64,000 nt of DNA from Macrostomum lignano (taxonomy: Eukaryota): positions 337,792-401,791 of the forward strand of contig NIVC01000945.1 in the NCBI GenBank assembly GCA_002269645.1. Direction: 5' to 3'. The notes beneath the pieces are model-generated. The model was not told the DNA's origin. It saw only the letters and a program-made list of their open reading frames with translations, and ran no database searches. A program made the position numbers and the translations under genes. Of this stretch, positions 25,792-37,449 are shown piece after piece (positions within the stretch are counted from its first letter, which is position 1; each line of letters opens with the position of its first letter).

Positions 25792-28700
25792 CTAACGAGA
25801 CTCCAGTCTCGACGGTGAATTAGATCGCGACCGTTCGATCGAGCGCAAATCTCGTTCGAATTTGCGTCCAAACCTTGATCTAGACCTAGACCTAGACATC
25901 GACCTGGACACCGATCGCTTATAAGACTGAGAACCGTCCACAGATGGCGAAGTGGACGGACTCACACGAATAATTGGCTCAATGTGTCGTCTCCTCATGG
26001 GTACGAACTCGCGTCTACGAGAACGCGACCGCTCAATTTGCGGTCGGCGATGCGCCTGCTCAGATGATCTGTATTGGTCTCGGGGATGCCTGCCGGCATT
26101 GCCAAACGAAGACCGATGCTGATGATAGCTTCTATACGAACGGCCGCGATAGTCTCGACTACTTTGAAATCGGCGTCGAACATCTCTTCGGTGCTGCATT
26201 TCAGCTGGCGCTGTTTTAGATTTGTTTTGGATGTTGCAGTTTAATTGCAGGCATTTGGACACGACCTTGGAGTATGCTTTCTATATTAAAAAGTCACCTG
26301 TTTTTATTAGCATGTAAAGCTTGTAGATAGGTTTTGCCGTGGGCGCAACTACGAATACATTCAATGAAGAGTCTGTAAATACCTTTGTTCAAGGGCCCCG
26401 GTGCGTGAGAAACTACGACATAACACCTTTAAAGGGTACTACAATGGGAGCACTAGTAATGTATATACATTCCTTCCTGCAGGCAGCTGAATACTCTCCC
26501 TTGAGGGGAACAGCAGTATACAACTGTACGTAAGATGGGAATGGGAGTAAGTATGGGAAACACAGGCTTCAAGTTTACACGAAACTGTTACAGTGTCAGT
26601 TTAGAATAATCCAATTAGCTTTAAAACTAAATCTAGAGCAGTATAGTTGATCTAAATCCCGTTTTGCTATTCCAAAAATATTGGGACTCTTCCCAAGTGG
26701 GTCGCCATCATAAGCTCGAAAAATCACATTGTCAAAAAGTTTAGCAACCACCATCACAAACTCGAAAAGTCATATCGTCGAAAACTGATTTAGCATCTCT
26801 AGCTCTAACCCTAACCCCAAGGCACCAACTCTAACTCTAACCTAACCATGAACCCTAAGGCACTAACTTAGCTTGTGATGGAGGATGCTAAATCAGTTCT
26901 CGACGATGTGAGTTTTCGAGCTTGTGATTTTTTCTAGCTTGTGATGGTGGTTGCTAAACTTTTCGACGATGTGATTTTTTGAGCTTGTGGATGGCCCCCT
27001 TCTAAGCCATAGCAAATCTATCAAAAACAAAAAGACCCTTTATATAAATACTAAAAGCGTAATGTTTTAAAAAATATGAAAGTAAAAAATTCAGATATAA
27101 TCGAATCGCTTACATTGTTTAGCATTCAAGAAGAACCCTTCATGATTACGAATGCACATGGCAAACTGCACGACTGAATACGACTGCAAATTTCTGTATA
27201 GCACGCACTATGCACTGCATTTTAAACTCTGCATGTCACCTTCGGAAACTGATGAGAAAATTGCTGAACTGTAACCATGAAGTTTCTCATTTTCTGAGTC
27301 AAGCATTATAAAAATGCACCAGTTCCCTTATCAGAAAGAGAAAGCATGCAGTATCAACTCATAATTCATAAGACAATCCAATGCTTTCTGTGACTGCGAA
27401 ATCCATGCGCTTAAGAAGGATGCAATTCATGGAGCTGATTTACCGCTGATCAAACTGACTGCGCTGTAATTTTATTCAGTGATAAAACACTGCGGCACTG
27501 AACGACATGTTTGGATTGCTGGAAAATAAGTTGAAACAGCTTAAACCTTTTTGCTTGTGTGCAGTCAACAGTGATGTTAACAGTAAAATATTACATACAA
27601 CTTCGCGTGATGAATCCAAAATTCAAAAAGACGGAATCAGTAAGTCATAAAACTTGACAGACTCACTTTTTCTGGGTCCTTCGGCGATCTCCACTGTGAC
27701 ATTGTGGCCTAACAGGATCGATCCGTTGGTGTGATCTCTAGCAGTTGCGGCATCGTCGGGGTGAAGAAATGTGCAGACAGACAGCCAAAAAGCACAAATA
27801 AGATGACAGCAGATTGATTGAGTGGCCATAATTGATGCGTTTTAAGGCTCAATGGTTAAGGAAACTAAATTCAATAGAAAACAAGGCAAGAAAAATTTCA
27901 ATCATATAGCAGTCTGGCTATTCCTATAGTGGTCCGATGTGTCAAGAAATTTGAAATGATGACAGACAGATGATTTGAAATTAAAAATGCTTAACCTTGT
28001 AATAGGGGAAATAATGGTTCAAGTCAGGCGCGTCGCCACCGGGGAGGGGACATGTCCACCAGTAAAAGCTATGGGGAGGACATGCCAATGCTTCGTCCCC
28101 CCCCCACCCAACCTTTATGAGTCGTGGTAATCAATAGTTTTTCTTCAGGGCGCCAAAATATAGTGCCTGCGGCGCCAAAATGAGTGCCTGCGGCGCCAAA
28201 ATGAGTGCCTGCGGCGCCAAAATGAGTGCCTGCGGCGCCAAAATGAGTGCCTGCGGCTCTAAAATGAGTGCCTGCGGCGTCAAAATGAGTGCCTGCGGCT
28301 CTAAAATGAGTGCCTGCGGCGCCAAAATGAGTGCCTGCGGCTCTAAAATGAGTGCCTGCGGCGCCAAAATGAGTGCCTGTGGCGCCAAAATGAGTGCCTG
28401 CGGCTCTAAAATGAGTGCCTGCGGCGCCAAAATGAGTGCCTGCGGCTCTAAAATGAGTGCCTGCGGCTCTAAAATGAGTGCCTGCGGCGCCAAAATGAGT
28501 GGCTGCGGCGCTAAAAGGAATGGCTGCGGCGCTAAGATGAGTACCCGCGGCGTTAAGATGAATTCTAACAACACGATTCTTAAAATAATGGAAATGTAGG
28601 AATTTAGCCATGTACATGTACATGTTGAATTCTTGGCTTTGTCCCCCCATAAAATCCATGGCGACGCCCCTGGTTCAAGTTAAATACAAGAACCTGGAAG

Positions 28701-30479
28701 CATGACTGACACTGCCAGACTAAAAGAATCAGGGGGATGAATGCCAACTCATTCAGTAATAAAAATGTGGTTTTGCATTATTTGTAACAATTATCAAATG
28801 GTGTATCAAATAAAATTTTAACAAAAGGATATTCAATGAATGCATAGCCCTTGAATTGCTGAGTCAGTCGATCTGCTGGTATATTTACTGAAAGAATGTC
28901 TCCAAATTGTTCATAGTAGAGTTGTAGCTCTTCCACACTAAAATGCAAGTAAAGTTGTTATGAGGTAACTTTAGTAAAAAGGTACAAAAAGATTAGATTG
29001 AATAGCTTCTATGTTAAATTTTTTACTTTAGAATAATAAATAAAATTAAATATTCAAGTATTTTAAATATAAAAAAGTTGAGTTATAGCATTTTCAAATA
29101 AAAATACAAGCTTAAATATTTTGGTTTAGAGGTGCAGAATTAACAAATTTTATTTTCATATTCATGGCATAGCAACATATCTTGCATCACACAAATAGAG
29201 ATATAATTTGATTGGCTGTAACTTTTATATACTAGCAGACAATGGGGTGAAACTTTAGATATAGCTAGTGTGAGGTACATATTATGACTAGGCAAGTTTT
29301 ATCATTGTTGAATGGAGAACAAGGGCAGATCTAAAGGAGGGGCCAAGGGGGCCATGGCCCCTTTAGCTGTGGCCAAAAAATGGGCTATACTATTTTGGTT
29401 TGCGACTATGCCAGTCCTATTTTCCAATAGTGCTTAGTAAAGCTTGCTTACTCTCAAAATTTTTTTCAATCCATGCCTAGTGGAAAACTGCTTAAATATA
29501 CTAGATTTGATGCAAATAAAATTTTTATAATAGCAATAGAAAGTATCATTTCATAAAAAAACATTGTATCTAGATATGCTTTCACCTATCAATGATAAAA
29601 ACTAGCCAAATCACAATAGGCAGCTCATATTAGCCATATATTTGAAAGTTTAATAAGTTTAAGCTTTTATTATCTAGAATCTTTGGCTCTTATCCCAAAA
29701 TATGAGTTAAAAGAGAATGGTTTTTAGGAACTAAAATATCTTTCTTTAACTGTTAATAAATATAATACTTTGAGTTTAAACATTTTATACATTAATGCAA
29801 TATCATATTCTATCAACTTTTACTTAATCAGTGTATATTATTTAATAAAAATATTTTAAAGAAAAAATGGTATGCAATATTAATAGGGGCAAAAATATTA
29901 TTTCATTATTTTATATTAAAAGACAAAGCTTTGATAATTTATAAATAATAGGCCTAGCTTTTATTGAAATAATCAATAATAATATAAGAAATAATAGATT
30001 AGCAACCAAAGCAAAATCAAAAGTAAAAACATACTAGGATTTATATTTTGATAGGCCTAATAATATGGAACACATCAGTGATATAACTAGGATTTTCCAT
30101 TGTGGGATGACACATGTTTAGTCTAGGTCAAGGGCCAATAAAAGATAGAACAAAAGTGGTACTCAGCCTAGTAGCTACTGTATCATAGACCTTTATTATC
30201 CTTCTAAGCAATTAGGAAGAACAACCTCCCTATCCATATCATTGCATAGCCTAATATCTAGGTTTAAACTATAAAATAACCTATATAAATAAGTAACTAA
30301 AATTGCATTAAGAAAAAAAAATATTAAGCTTGCTAAGTGACCAAAAGAATCAATATTTATAAGTTAATTAGGTTAAAAAAGTATAATATATCAGATATGA
30401 CTTTGAAAACTTACGTGGCATCATGAGCAATTGGCTTTATAAAGATAGTAGCTTTGTCATATCCTTGGGGGCAAGACAT
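25792..30479 (-). CDS. SRSF10: SRSF10/SRSF12-like SR splicing factor (RRM + RS domain), 230 aa, 4 coding exons
   Basis: Exons (minus) 30479-30415 (65 bp, MSCPQGYDKATIFIKPIAHDAT), 28937-28833 (105 bp, VEELQLYYEQFGDILSVNIPADRLTQQFKGYAFIE), 27770-27667 (104 bp, FLHPDDAATARDHTNGSILLGHNVTVEIAEGPRK) and 26210-25792 (TPAEM..RSRSRS..stop). Total 693 nt, in frame. RNP1-like KGYAFIEF and the SRSF10-type RKTP motif are present. Confidence 0.9.
26698..27000. mobile_element. Palindromic MITE-like element with a central (CTAACC)-like tract, in SRSF10 intron 3
   Basis: Arms gccatc..aagctcgaaaaatcacat..tttagcaaccaccatcac and their reverse complement flank ctaaccctaacc..ctaacctaacc. Confidence 0.7.
27771..28832 (-). 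other. U12-type (minor) AT-AC intron, intron 2 of the SRSF10-like gene
   Basis: 5' end ATATCCTTTT at 28832-28823 (U12 donor consensus). 3' end ...CTGCAC at 27771. Perfect U12 branch site TTTCCTTAAC at 27864-27855. Phase-2 junction GA|A TTT inside the RNP1 motif. Confidence 0.92.
28025..28672. mobile_element. hAT-type MITE carrying a 21-bp minisatellite, inside the U12 intron
   Basis: TIRs CAGGCGCGTCGCCA / TGGCGACGCCCCTG. 8-bp TSD GTTCAAGT at 28017-28024 and 28673-28680. Interior array GAGTGCCTGCGGCGCCAAAAT, about 19 copies (about 28160-28560). Confidence 0.92.
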
Positions 30480-31539
30480 GATAAACTAATTAGGGCAATG
30501 TAGGCCTAAACCTTCTTGCTATTCTAATCTAAGTATATTCTATCTTAGTGAAAAAGCAAAATATATCAATGTGGTAGACCTATGTAAACAACTCAACTAA
30601 GTCACTTAGTCATAGGCAAAGGCAGGCCTATTTTATTAATTTATAGAATGCTGATAATAAGAAAAAATATTTGATATCTGAGACTTAGAAAATCAGATAC
30701 TGCGAATATTAAAGAAGTATCAAAATTAAAAAGCACAGACGAGAGGGTAAAATTTACGACGGAATCCAACTTGTTTTCTGGAAAGGTTTTCTGCTTTCTG
30801 TTTTCTGCTCTTTGCTCTGCTTGTGTGGTTTGTTTACTGACTACTACGTCTAGTCTAGGACCAGCCGACCAGGTAGCTAAAATTAAATACAACTACAGCC
30901 AGTTCATGCACGTGCGATTAATACACAAGGATATTGTGCCTGGACTCTGATTGTGCGAAAGTTAATTTATGTTTTTCAAAGTGAAAGTTTACCCTGTACT
31001 TGTAATTGTAAAATGAGCTATCTGCTATCTGGAAATCTGACTTCAAAGATTACTAGAATTCGGTGCAGCGAATTCAAATTTTAATCGGTGCTACGAAATT
31101 TAAATCGGTGCTCCAGACAAAAACAAAGTGTTGACAACTACAAGTTGAATGTAAAAATACTGGCTTGTTTTGTGTATTTATTACTGTAAATAAACACTGA
31201 GATATTTTATTAATGATTCACTATATCATATCAATATTAATCAATATTAATGATAATGATTAATGGCATCTAATATCTGTTTTTTATTTCTCTGTTTGTT
31301 ATTTGATATTTTCTTTTAATTACTAATAATAACTATGATGTTGCGCTCTGAGTTCCTGTATGAACAAGCTCAGCGCTAGCAGTCAGTGTCTCCACAGTCA
31401 GCTGTCGCCGCAGGCAGTTGTCTCTGCAGGCAGTTGTCGTCTAGCCAGCTGCCTCCAACGCTTTTGAGAAGATGGTCGAACTCTAAATCTATAGCAGTGC
31501 AAATACGCTGTTCAGGGGGTCAAATTCTTGGCGAAAGGT

Positions 31540-33280
31540 TGTCCGCAAAAAGGGATCCAGTCAGTTGAGCCGTTTCTCGGCCTGATCGAATTCTTCAGTC
31601 GTTTTATTCCGGGACTCGTGGAAAGGAGCGAGCAACAAGCCTTTCCAACAGTCCGAGACCGCATTGCATGCATGCAACACTACGCTGATATTCTTTGATT
31701 TGCGCTGCCAAACCGAACTCATCGTTGACGCCAGCCCTACAACGCTACAAGACTCGGTGCCAATTCTCTGCCAGGTGGTCCAACCGACCGCGGAGCGTCC
31801 TGGCCGGTTGCATCGCAAGTAGATCTTTGTCTGCACTCCAGTCTAATACTCGCAGACAGTGAGAGGCTTTTAGCAATCAAGTACGGACGTCAGAAGTTTC
31901 GGCACTACCTCAGCGGTGTAGCAAACTTCACAATCGTGACCGATCAAGCCTCTGACCTTCATGTTTTAGCCCAGCTCGCGCCCATTTCCACGCATCTAAC
32001 GCATTGCACTCAGCACCCAGGACTTGCAGTTCAACGTCGTCGATCGACCAGGCCCATTCAACCTAAGGGCATTCTCAGTCGGCAGCCCGAACCCATTCCA
32101 AAAATGGTCAACCTCGGCTAGATGTAAAACACCAACTACAGCATCGTCCAACGACACTAAGAGGACTGTACAGTATCTGCTGCAAGTAGAAGCAAGCAAG
32201 CAAGGAGGCAACGGCCTCCTTTCATCGGCAATGTCCTCATTGCGTACCGGCAGTTCGGATCTGCGGAACGGAAACATCGGCAAAAGGACGCGGCTCAACA
32301 GAAGCTTCAGGAGTTCTTTTAACAAGACTAGCGACGTGTGATCTCCGAAGCTCCACAGTCGACCGTTCTTTAGTTGCATGTAGCTCACAAGAAGTCATCA
32401 AGGCGAGACAAAAACTTTTCTGCGACTCAACTTAAACTCTAGTGGCCAGGAATATCAGCTGAGGCTAAACGAATGATGGCGAAGAGTCTATGTAGAGTGC
32501 GCCGCCGCGAATCATCAAGCTGAAGCCCCAGCGGCCTCACTACAACAAACCGAACTGCCGGAGTTATCGTGGTCCATCATAGTAGAATAATTGAATTTCT
32601 CGGTCACATCAACGGACGACAACTTTTAGTGATTGTGGACCACCATTTGCACTATCCGATCGGAGTCCACCATCGCAGAGTGCATCAATCGGCAATGGAA
32701 GCAAATGTTTGGAATTTCCAAGCAGATCGTGACTAACAACGGCCCACCATTCTCGTCGGAAGCATTCACCGGTTTTATTAAGAGTCTTAATTGTGAGACC
32801 AGCCACCGTCGAATCCCGCCGTACCATTTTGAGGCCAATGGCACCATATGGAGCGCATCAACAGGCCCCTGAATTAACAAGTTTCTACGCATCTCCAGCA
32901 CCCAAGGCACCGACTGGTGGATTTCACTATAGAAAGTGGCTCGCCGCGTATCGCAACGGGAGCCACGGAAGCGTTGCCGGCCGACCTGATGTTTGAGAGG
33001 CCAGTTCAGGACTGCATTCTGAGCACAACCAAGGGGATCCCAGTGTTGGCGGCCAAGAGGCGAGACAACGACTACAAGGCCGCGATGAAAATTCACGGTG
33101 CGAAAAAATGGTAAGAAAGCATCGCATCCAAACCGGGGACAAGGTTTTGAGGAGGCGAGTCAAGCTCTCTAAGACGGACACCCCCTTCGAAATCGATCCC
33201 TGGACGGTCTACGAGATCAAAGGGGATTCTGTCGTCTAAAAGTTCGATTGGGGGAGGGAAGAAGTTATACACGGCCATCC
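31540..33280 (+). mobile_element. Degenerate Ty3/Gypsy LTR-retrotransposon pol remnant (RT end, RNase H, integrase)
   Basis: Frameshifted motifs FLGLIEFFSRFIPG (RT end), LIVDAS and LAIKYGRQKFRHYL..FTIVTD (RNase H), IVTNNGPPFSSEAF..PYHFEANG (integrase). LTRs were not identified. Confidence 0.8.
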
Positions 33281-36200
33281 GCATTCTCTGTGCGGCTTTT
33301 TTAGTCCAGTTGCACATTGAGGTGACGTACGTACAATACGTGAAAGGTTGGTTTACGCGCAAATTGATGTAAGTTTCTCTCGTATCGAACGTACCGTTAG
33401 GTTGGGTCTTAAATGTTCAAAACCAAAAATCAATCGCTACATGACATTGACTTAGAAGAGGAATCAGCTTAATTCGTCTAGAAATTTTAAACTGGAGAGG
33501 GCCGCAACCCTTCGGGGCGCCAACATTTGATGTCTTGGTTGGCGCCCCTATCTCCTACGTGAGCGTACCACGATACCACGATACCACGTCCAAGTAGTGA
33601 TAACAGTCGAGCTGTCAGCAGTTTCTGGAGGAGACCACCTATTTTTAGGGGGGCAATTTTGTCGACACTGTGCATTGTCTTACGATACTACTTCATTTCT
33701 ATTTATTGCATCGTAATCTTTATAGCGTCAAGCGAAAGCAACTTTTTGCAAGTAAATTTAGGCTGCATAATTTGTACACAACGCACATTGATCTATCATT
33801 TTCATTTATATTGGCGTAGACTGCTAAACTTTTCATGGGGGGGGGGGGTAACAGAAACGGCGTGTCTTTGTGGACATTGAGCTGAGCGCCATAATTTCAG
33901 CTGCGGGCCCTGTGGACGGGGTCATGGGAAAGGTTTTTAATCATGAAGGTGCCTTGAGGCCTGAGATCGCTACCTATTGTGGCTATAGCCGCTATATAGT
34001 ATTTTTCGTGCTCTATTACCATTATTTACCTGCGCAATATTTCGTTGTTACGTTGTACAAGCCATGTACTTTACAGTACCCGGCCTTATGTCAAACTTAT
34101 GAAAGTTTAAATATTAACGAAAATATCCGAGTCCTGCGATTTTTATCTCTACTGGATGGCTCTCCATCTCGGTTAAGTTACATTGATCTCTCGCGAGTCT
34201 AAAGGACTCAAATGGAAAACTGTTAAAATAAAAACGTGCGGATGATGCAGTGGTGCAATATATTCGAATATTGAATACCCGCACATTAATACACAATTAG
34301 CTAAGCCTAGTTTAGACTTATCGAGTACTTCATCGAGCTATCAAATCATATTCGAAAATCGATGCGCATTAAACAATATACGCAATTTGGTATAAGTTTT
34401 ATTCTTTCTCAACTGCGCTTGCCTACTGGCTATAGATTCCTATGCAGCAAGGCAAAACGTCGAACTGAACTTTGTGCGTTTTATTTGATAATTTCGATTA
34501 ATAGCATACTTTAACCCGAACATGCACATTGCACACCTACAGAGCTTCAATGCTGGAAGAAAGGCTTTTCGATAAGAAAAACTTCCGAGGCTATATATAT
34601 TTACATATAGCTGAAAACTTCAATTGAAAACTGAATTCTCTCTCTGGCCTGCGTCTTGTTGGCTAAAATTAATCAACTGTTGACGCAAACAGTGATATAT
34701 AAGTTTGATGCATTGCATATTTTCTGTCTTTCATCACAATACCGCGCGTTCAGTTCAGGCAATTCAATACAGAGGCCTGTAGTGTATGCATGCATATACA
34801 GTATATTCGACAAGCAAAATAGAATGCTATCGCGTTCGTTTTATAATTCGAAGACCCATCTATACGCAGTTTATAGCTATTGTACACAAACTAGTGGAGA
34901 AAAGCGATTTTGTTTGAGCAGAATAGAGTTGAGGCAAGAATTCAACAATTCAATAAGGGTAGTGGGGGGCTGAATTGAATCGAATACAAGTGAGTCAGTC
35001 CATGCTGAAGCATGCCTAAAATTATACACTATAAACTCTGTCCCCGCCTCATCTGCTATGCGAACAAAACAAAGCCGAGTTTATAGTTGCCTAGGTGTAC
35101 GAGCGTATTATAGGCAGGCTGGAAGACTGCAAAACCATTTTATCGATTCAATTGAGAGTCACGCTGCGGCAACCCCCTCTCTCTCCTCTCAAACTGGAAA
35201 AAACCCTCTCGAGGTATAAACGGCTGCTTTTCTGTCCGCGTGCTCTGAAATTGGAGGGCGGGTGGGTGACGATCGGAACGGCAAGACAAGGAGACTTTTT
35301 AGAACGAAAATCTGGAGATTTTCTAGGCACAGCAATCTGTGTATCTGCACTGCACAAGCACAGAACACTTTTTTTGATAAAGCTATGATAAATAATTCTA
35401 TTTGATTTAACCGATATTCCTCATCACCTCGTCATCAAAATTACAAATTTTGATATTCTTAATTATTCCACAATTTTGTAAGTATGATACGATGATTAAG
35501 TATGACAGAAGGGGATTAGCGATAAAGAAACAGTCTGTGAGTGTGTGAGTTGACCTAAGATAAGAAGGCTTCGAAGGAAAACTGTTCATGGGAACAAGTA
35601 GAGTCCCTAGATAGGCTTCATTGCAATTGAGCAGGATTTGAGAGGGAGGCAGTGCCTGCCTATATGTACGCTCGTACAAGTTGCTTATTCTCAGTACAGA
35701 ACCATTTTGAACCAATCAACTTCAAATGTCAAATGTCACTATAATTAAATTTCAAATCGGTCCAGAGAAATTAAAAACTGCAAAAATTCTGCAATCACAA
35801 CTTTTGAGAACGTGTCAAGTTCAAAATGTAGAACTTTTTTGTGCTCAAAACTTCTGCAGAAACCAGTTTACAATATTACTCTGGATAATGCCATGAATTT
35901 TAAGTAGGATACGGGCTATACGGAGACTTATGATACCCATGTAATGTAAAATGATCGAGGGTTTGGGGAAGAGTTGACACTCTCCAGTTTCTCATCTGAG
36001 GTCTCCTTGGCTGAGAGCAACCCACGTCATTTTCTTTCTCTGTTCGAGCCGAGACTCGGTCGGGCAGGGCGCGCAAATCAAATCCAATATTAGTTTGCTT
36101 CGGTTCGGTTCGACGTCCTGCCTAACAACTAACCCATCCCTTCCTCCCCTTATTCTGAATTGTGCAGAGGCGGCTGCCTCAGGAAAAGGCAGGAAAAGAA

Positions 36201-37137
36201 TTGAATAAGAGAGAAGTTCGCCAACCTCACTCTCCTCAGTCTTTCGGATTCCGATTCAATCCAATGCGGCAGAAAGGGGTGACCCCACTGCCCGATGGCA
36301 TTGTGCGCGAGCTATTGCCAGCGTAAGCCCTCTCCTCTCCACTTCAGATCAATGCACACGATCTGTATTTACCAATACGCCGTGTTCATTGTTCATTGGC
36401 AAGGAGCCCACCCCCAGGAGAAGAAGAGCATTCTATTATTAATTAGACCAGAGAGCGCTTCACCTATTGAGGGTATTGAGGGTATTGACGCACTCACAGC
36501 CGGCCCTATACCCAATTGGAAAATGCAAGCCCCCTCATGTCAGGAGTAAAAAACAGTGGAGCGAGCGACTCTTGAACGCTTAGTGCAATAGGAATGCAAT
36601 ACCACGCGAGAGGGCAATTGGCCGGGGGTATTTTTCGATTTATTTAACTGCTCGGGTCGGCGCCCGCTCGGGCGTTTGAATCGCCGAGCAGCAGAAAGAG
36701 TTTTTCTGCACAAACTTATACAAACTAAATGAGCGTATTTATTTGAAATAAACACTGCTCATATATTATCAGAAGTTTGTACTGCTTTTCATTTTCGCAT
36801 AAATACGCTCGTGCAATCGTTGGTATTGTATCCACTGCGTTAGCATAATCGATCTGTAAGTAAGAGGGTAAGGTGAAGGCTGTACCTGTATTAAATTGCT
36901 TTAATTGCTATTGAATTATCAGTTTTATATAAACAGTAGTCTGAAAAAGTTTTTTTTATTCCATTTGATGTGCTCCTTCGCGGTGCTCTTTAGCCTTTGA
37001 GTCGACTCTATCAAGGTTTCCATGTAGTGGTTTTCGGCGGGGTCACACTAAAACAGAAGGGAACATCAGGGCTATGTTTATTTCAGTGGAATTCTGCGTC
37101 TCTTGGAATTGATATTCGCGTACAGCAATCCGACGTC

Positions 37138-37320
37138 CAGGGGACGATCCGGGGATGGTGGGGGGGGGGGCAAGGGGGCCATGGCCCCCCTCAGTCGAGG
37201 CAAAAAAAATTTGGACTTTTTTGGCCTGTAACTTTGTAAGGTCTATTTTCCAAAATTGGGTTGTAGTGCTTGGTGTAGCTTTCCCCCCCCCCCCTCAAAA
37301 ATTTTCTGGATCCGCCCCTG
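37138..37320. mobile_element. 183-bp hAT-type MITE
   Basis: TIRs CAGGGGACGATCC / GGATCCGCCCCTG. 8-bp TSD CCGACGTC at 37130-37137 and 37321-37328. A truncated relative sharing GGGGGCCATGGCCCC lies near 29322-29375. Confidence 0.88.
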
Positions 37321-37449
37321 CCGACGTCGGGCCGACGTTTCCGATGTCAATCGACGCCGCTGACAAATATGTACTTTTACATTTTAAATCGACGGATAAC
37401 GACGTTTGGGCTGGGAACTACTGCTTTGGTTTGCACATATTTGTACAAA

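Noticed and set aside
28069-28659. Repeat ORFs (AAGTHFG / MSACGAK)
   Set aside because: They lie in the MITE minisatellite within an intron.
33514-33548. Perfect 11-bp GC stem-loop GGGGCGCCAAC / GTTGGCGCCCC
   Set aside because: There is no downstream CTAG (Helitron end), U-tract or RNA-gene context; probably part of a small repeat.
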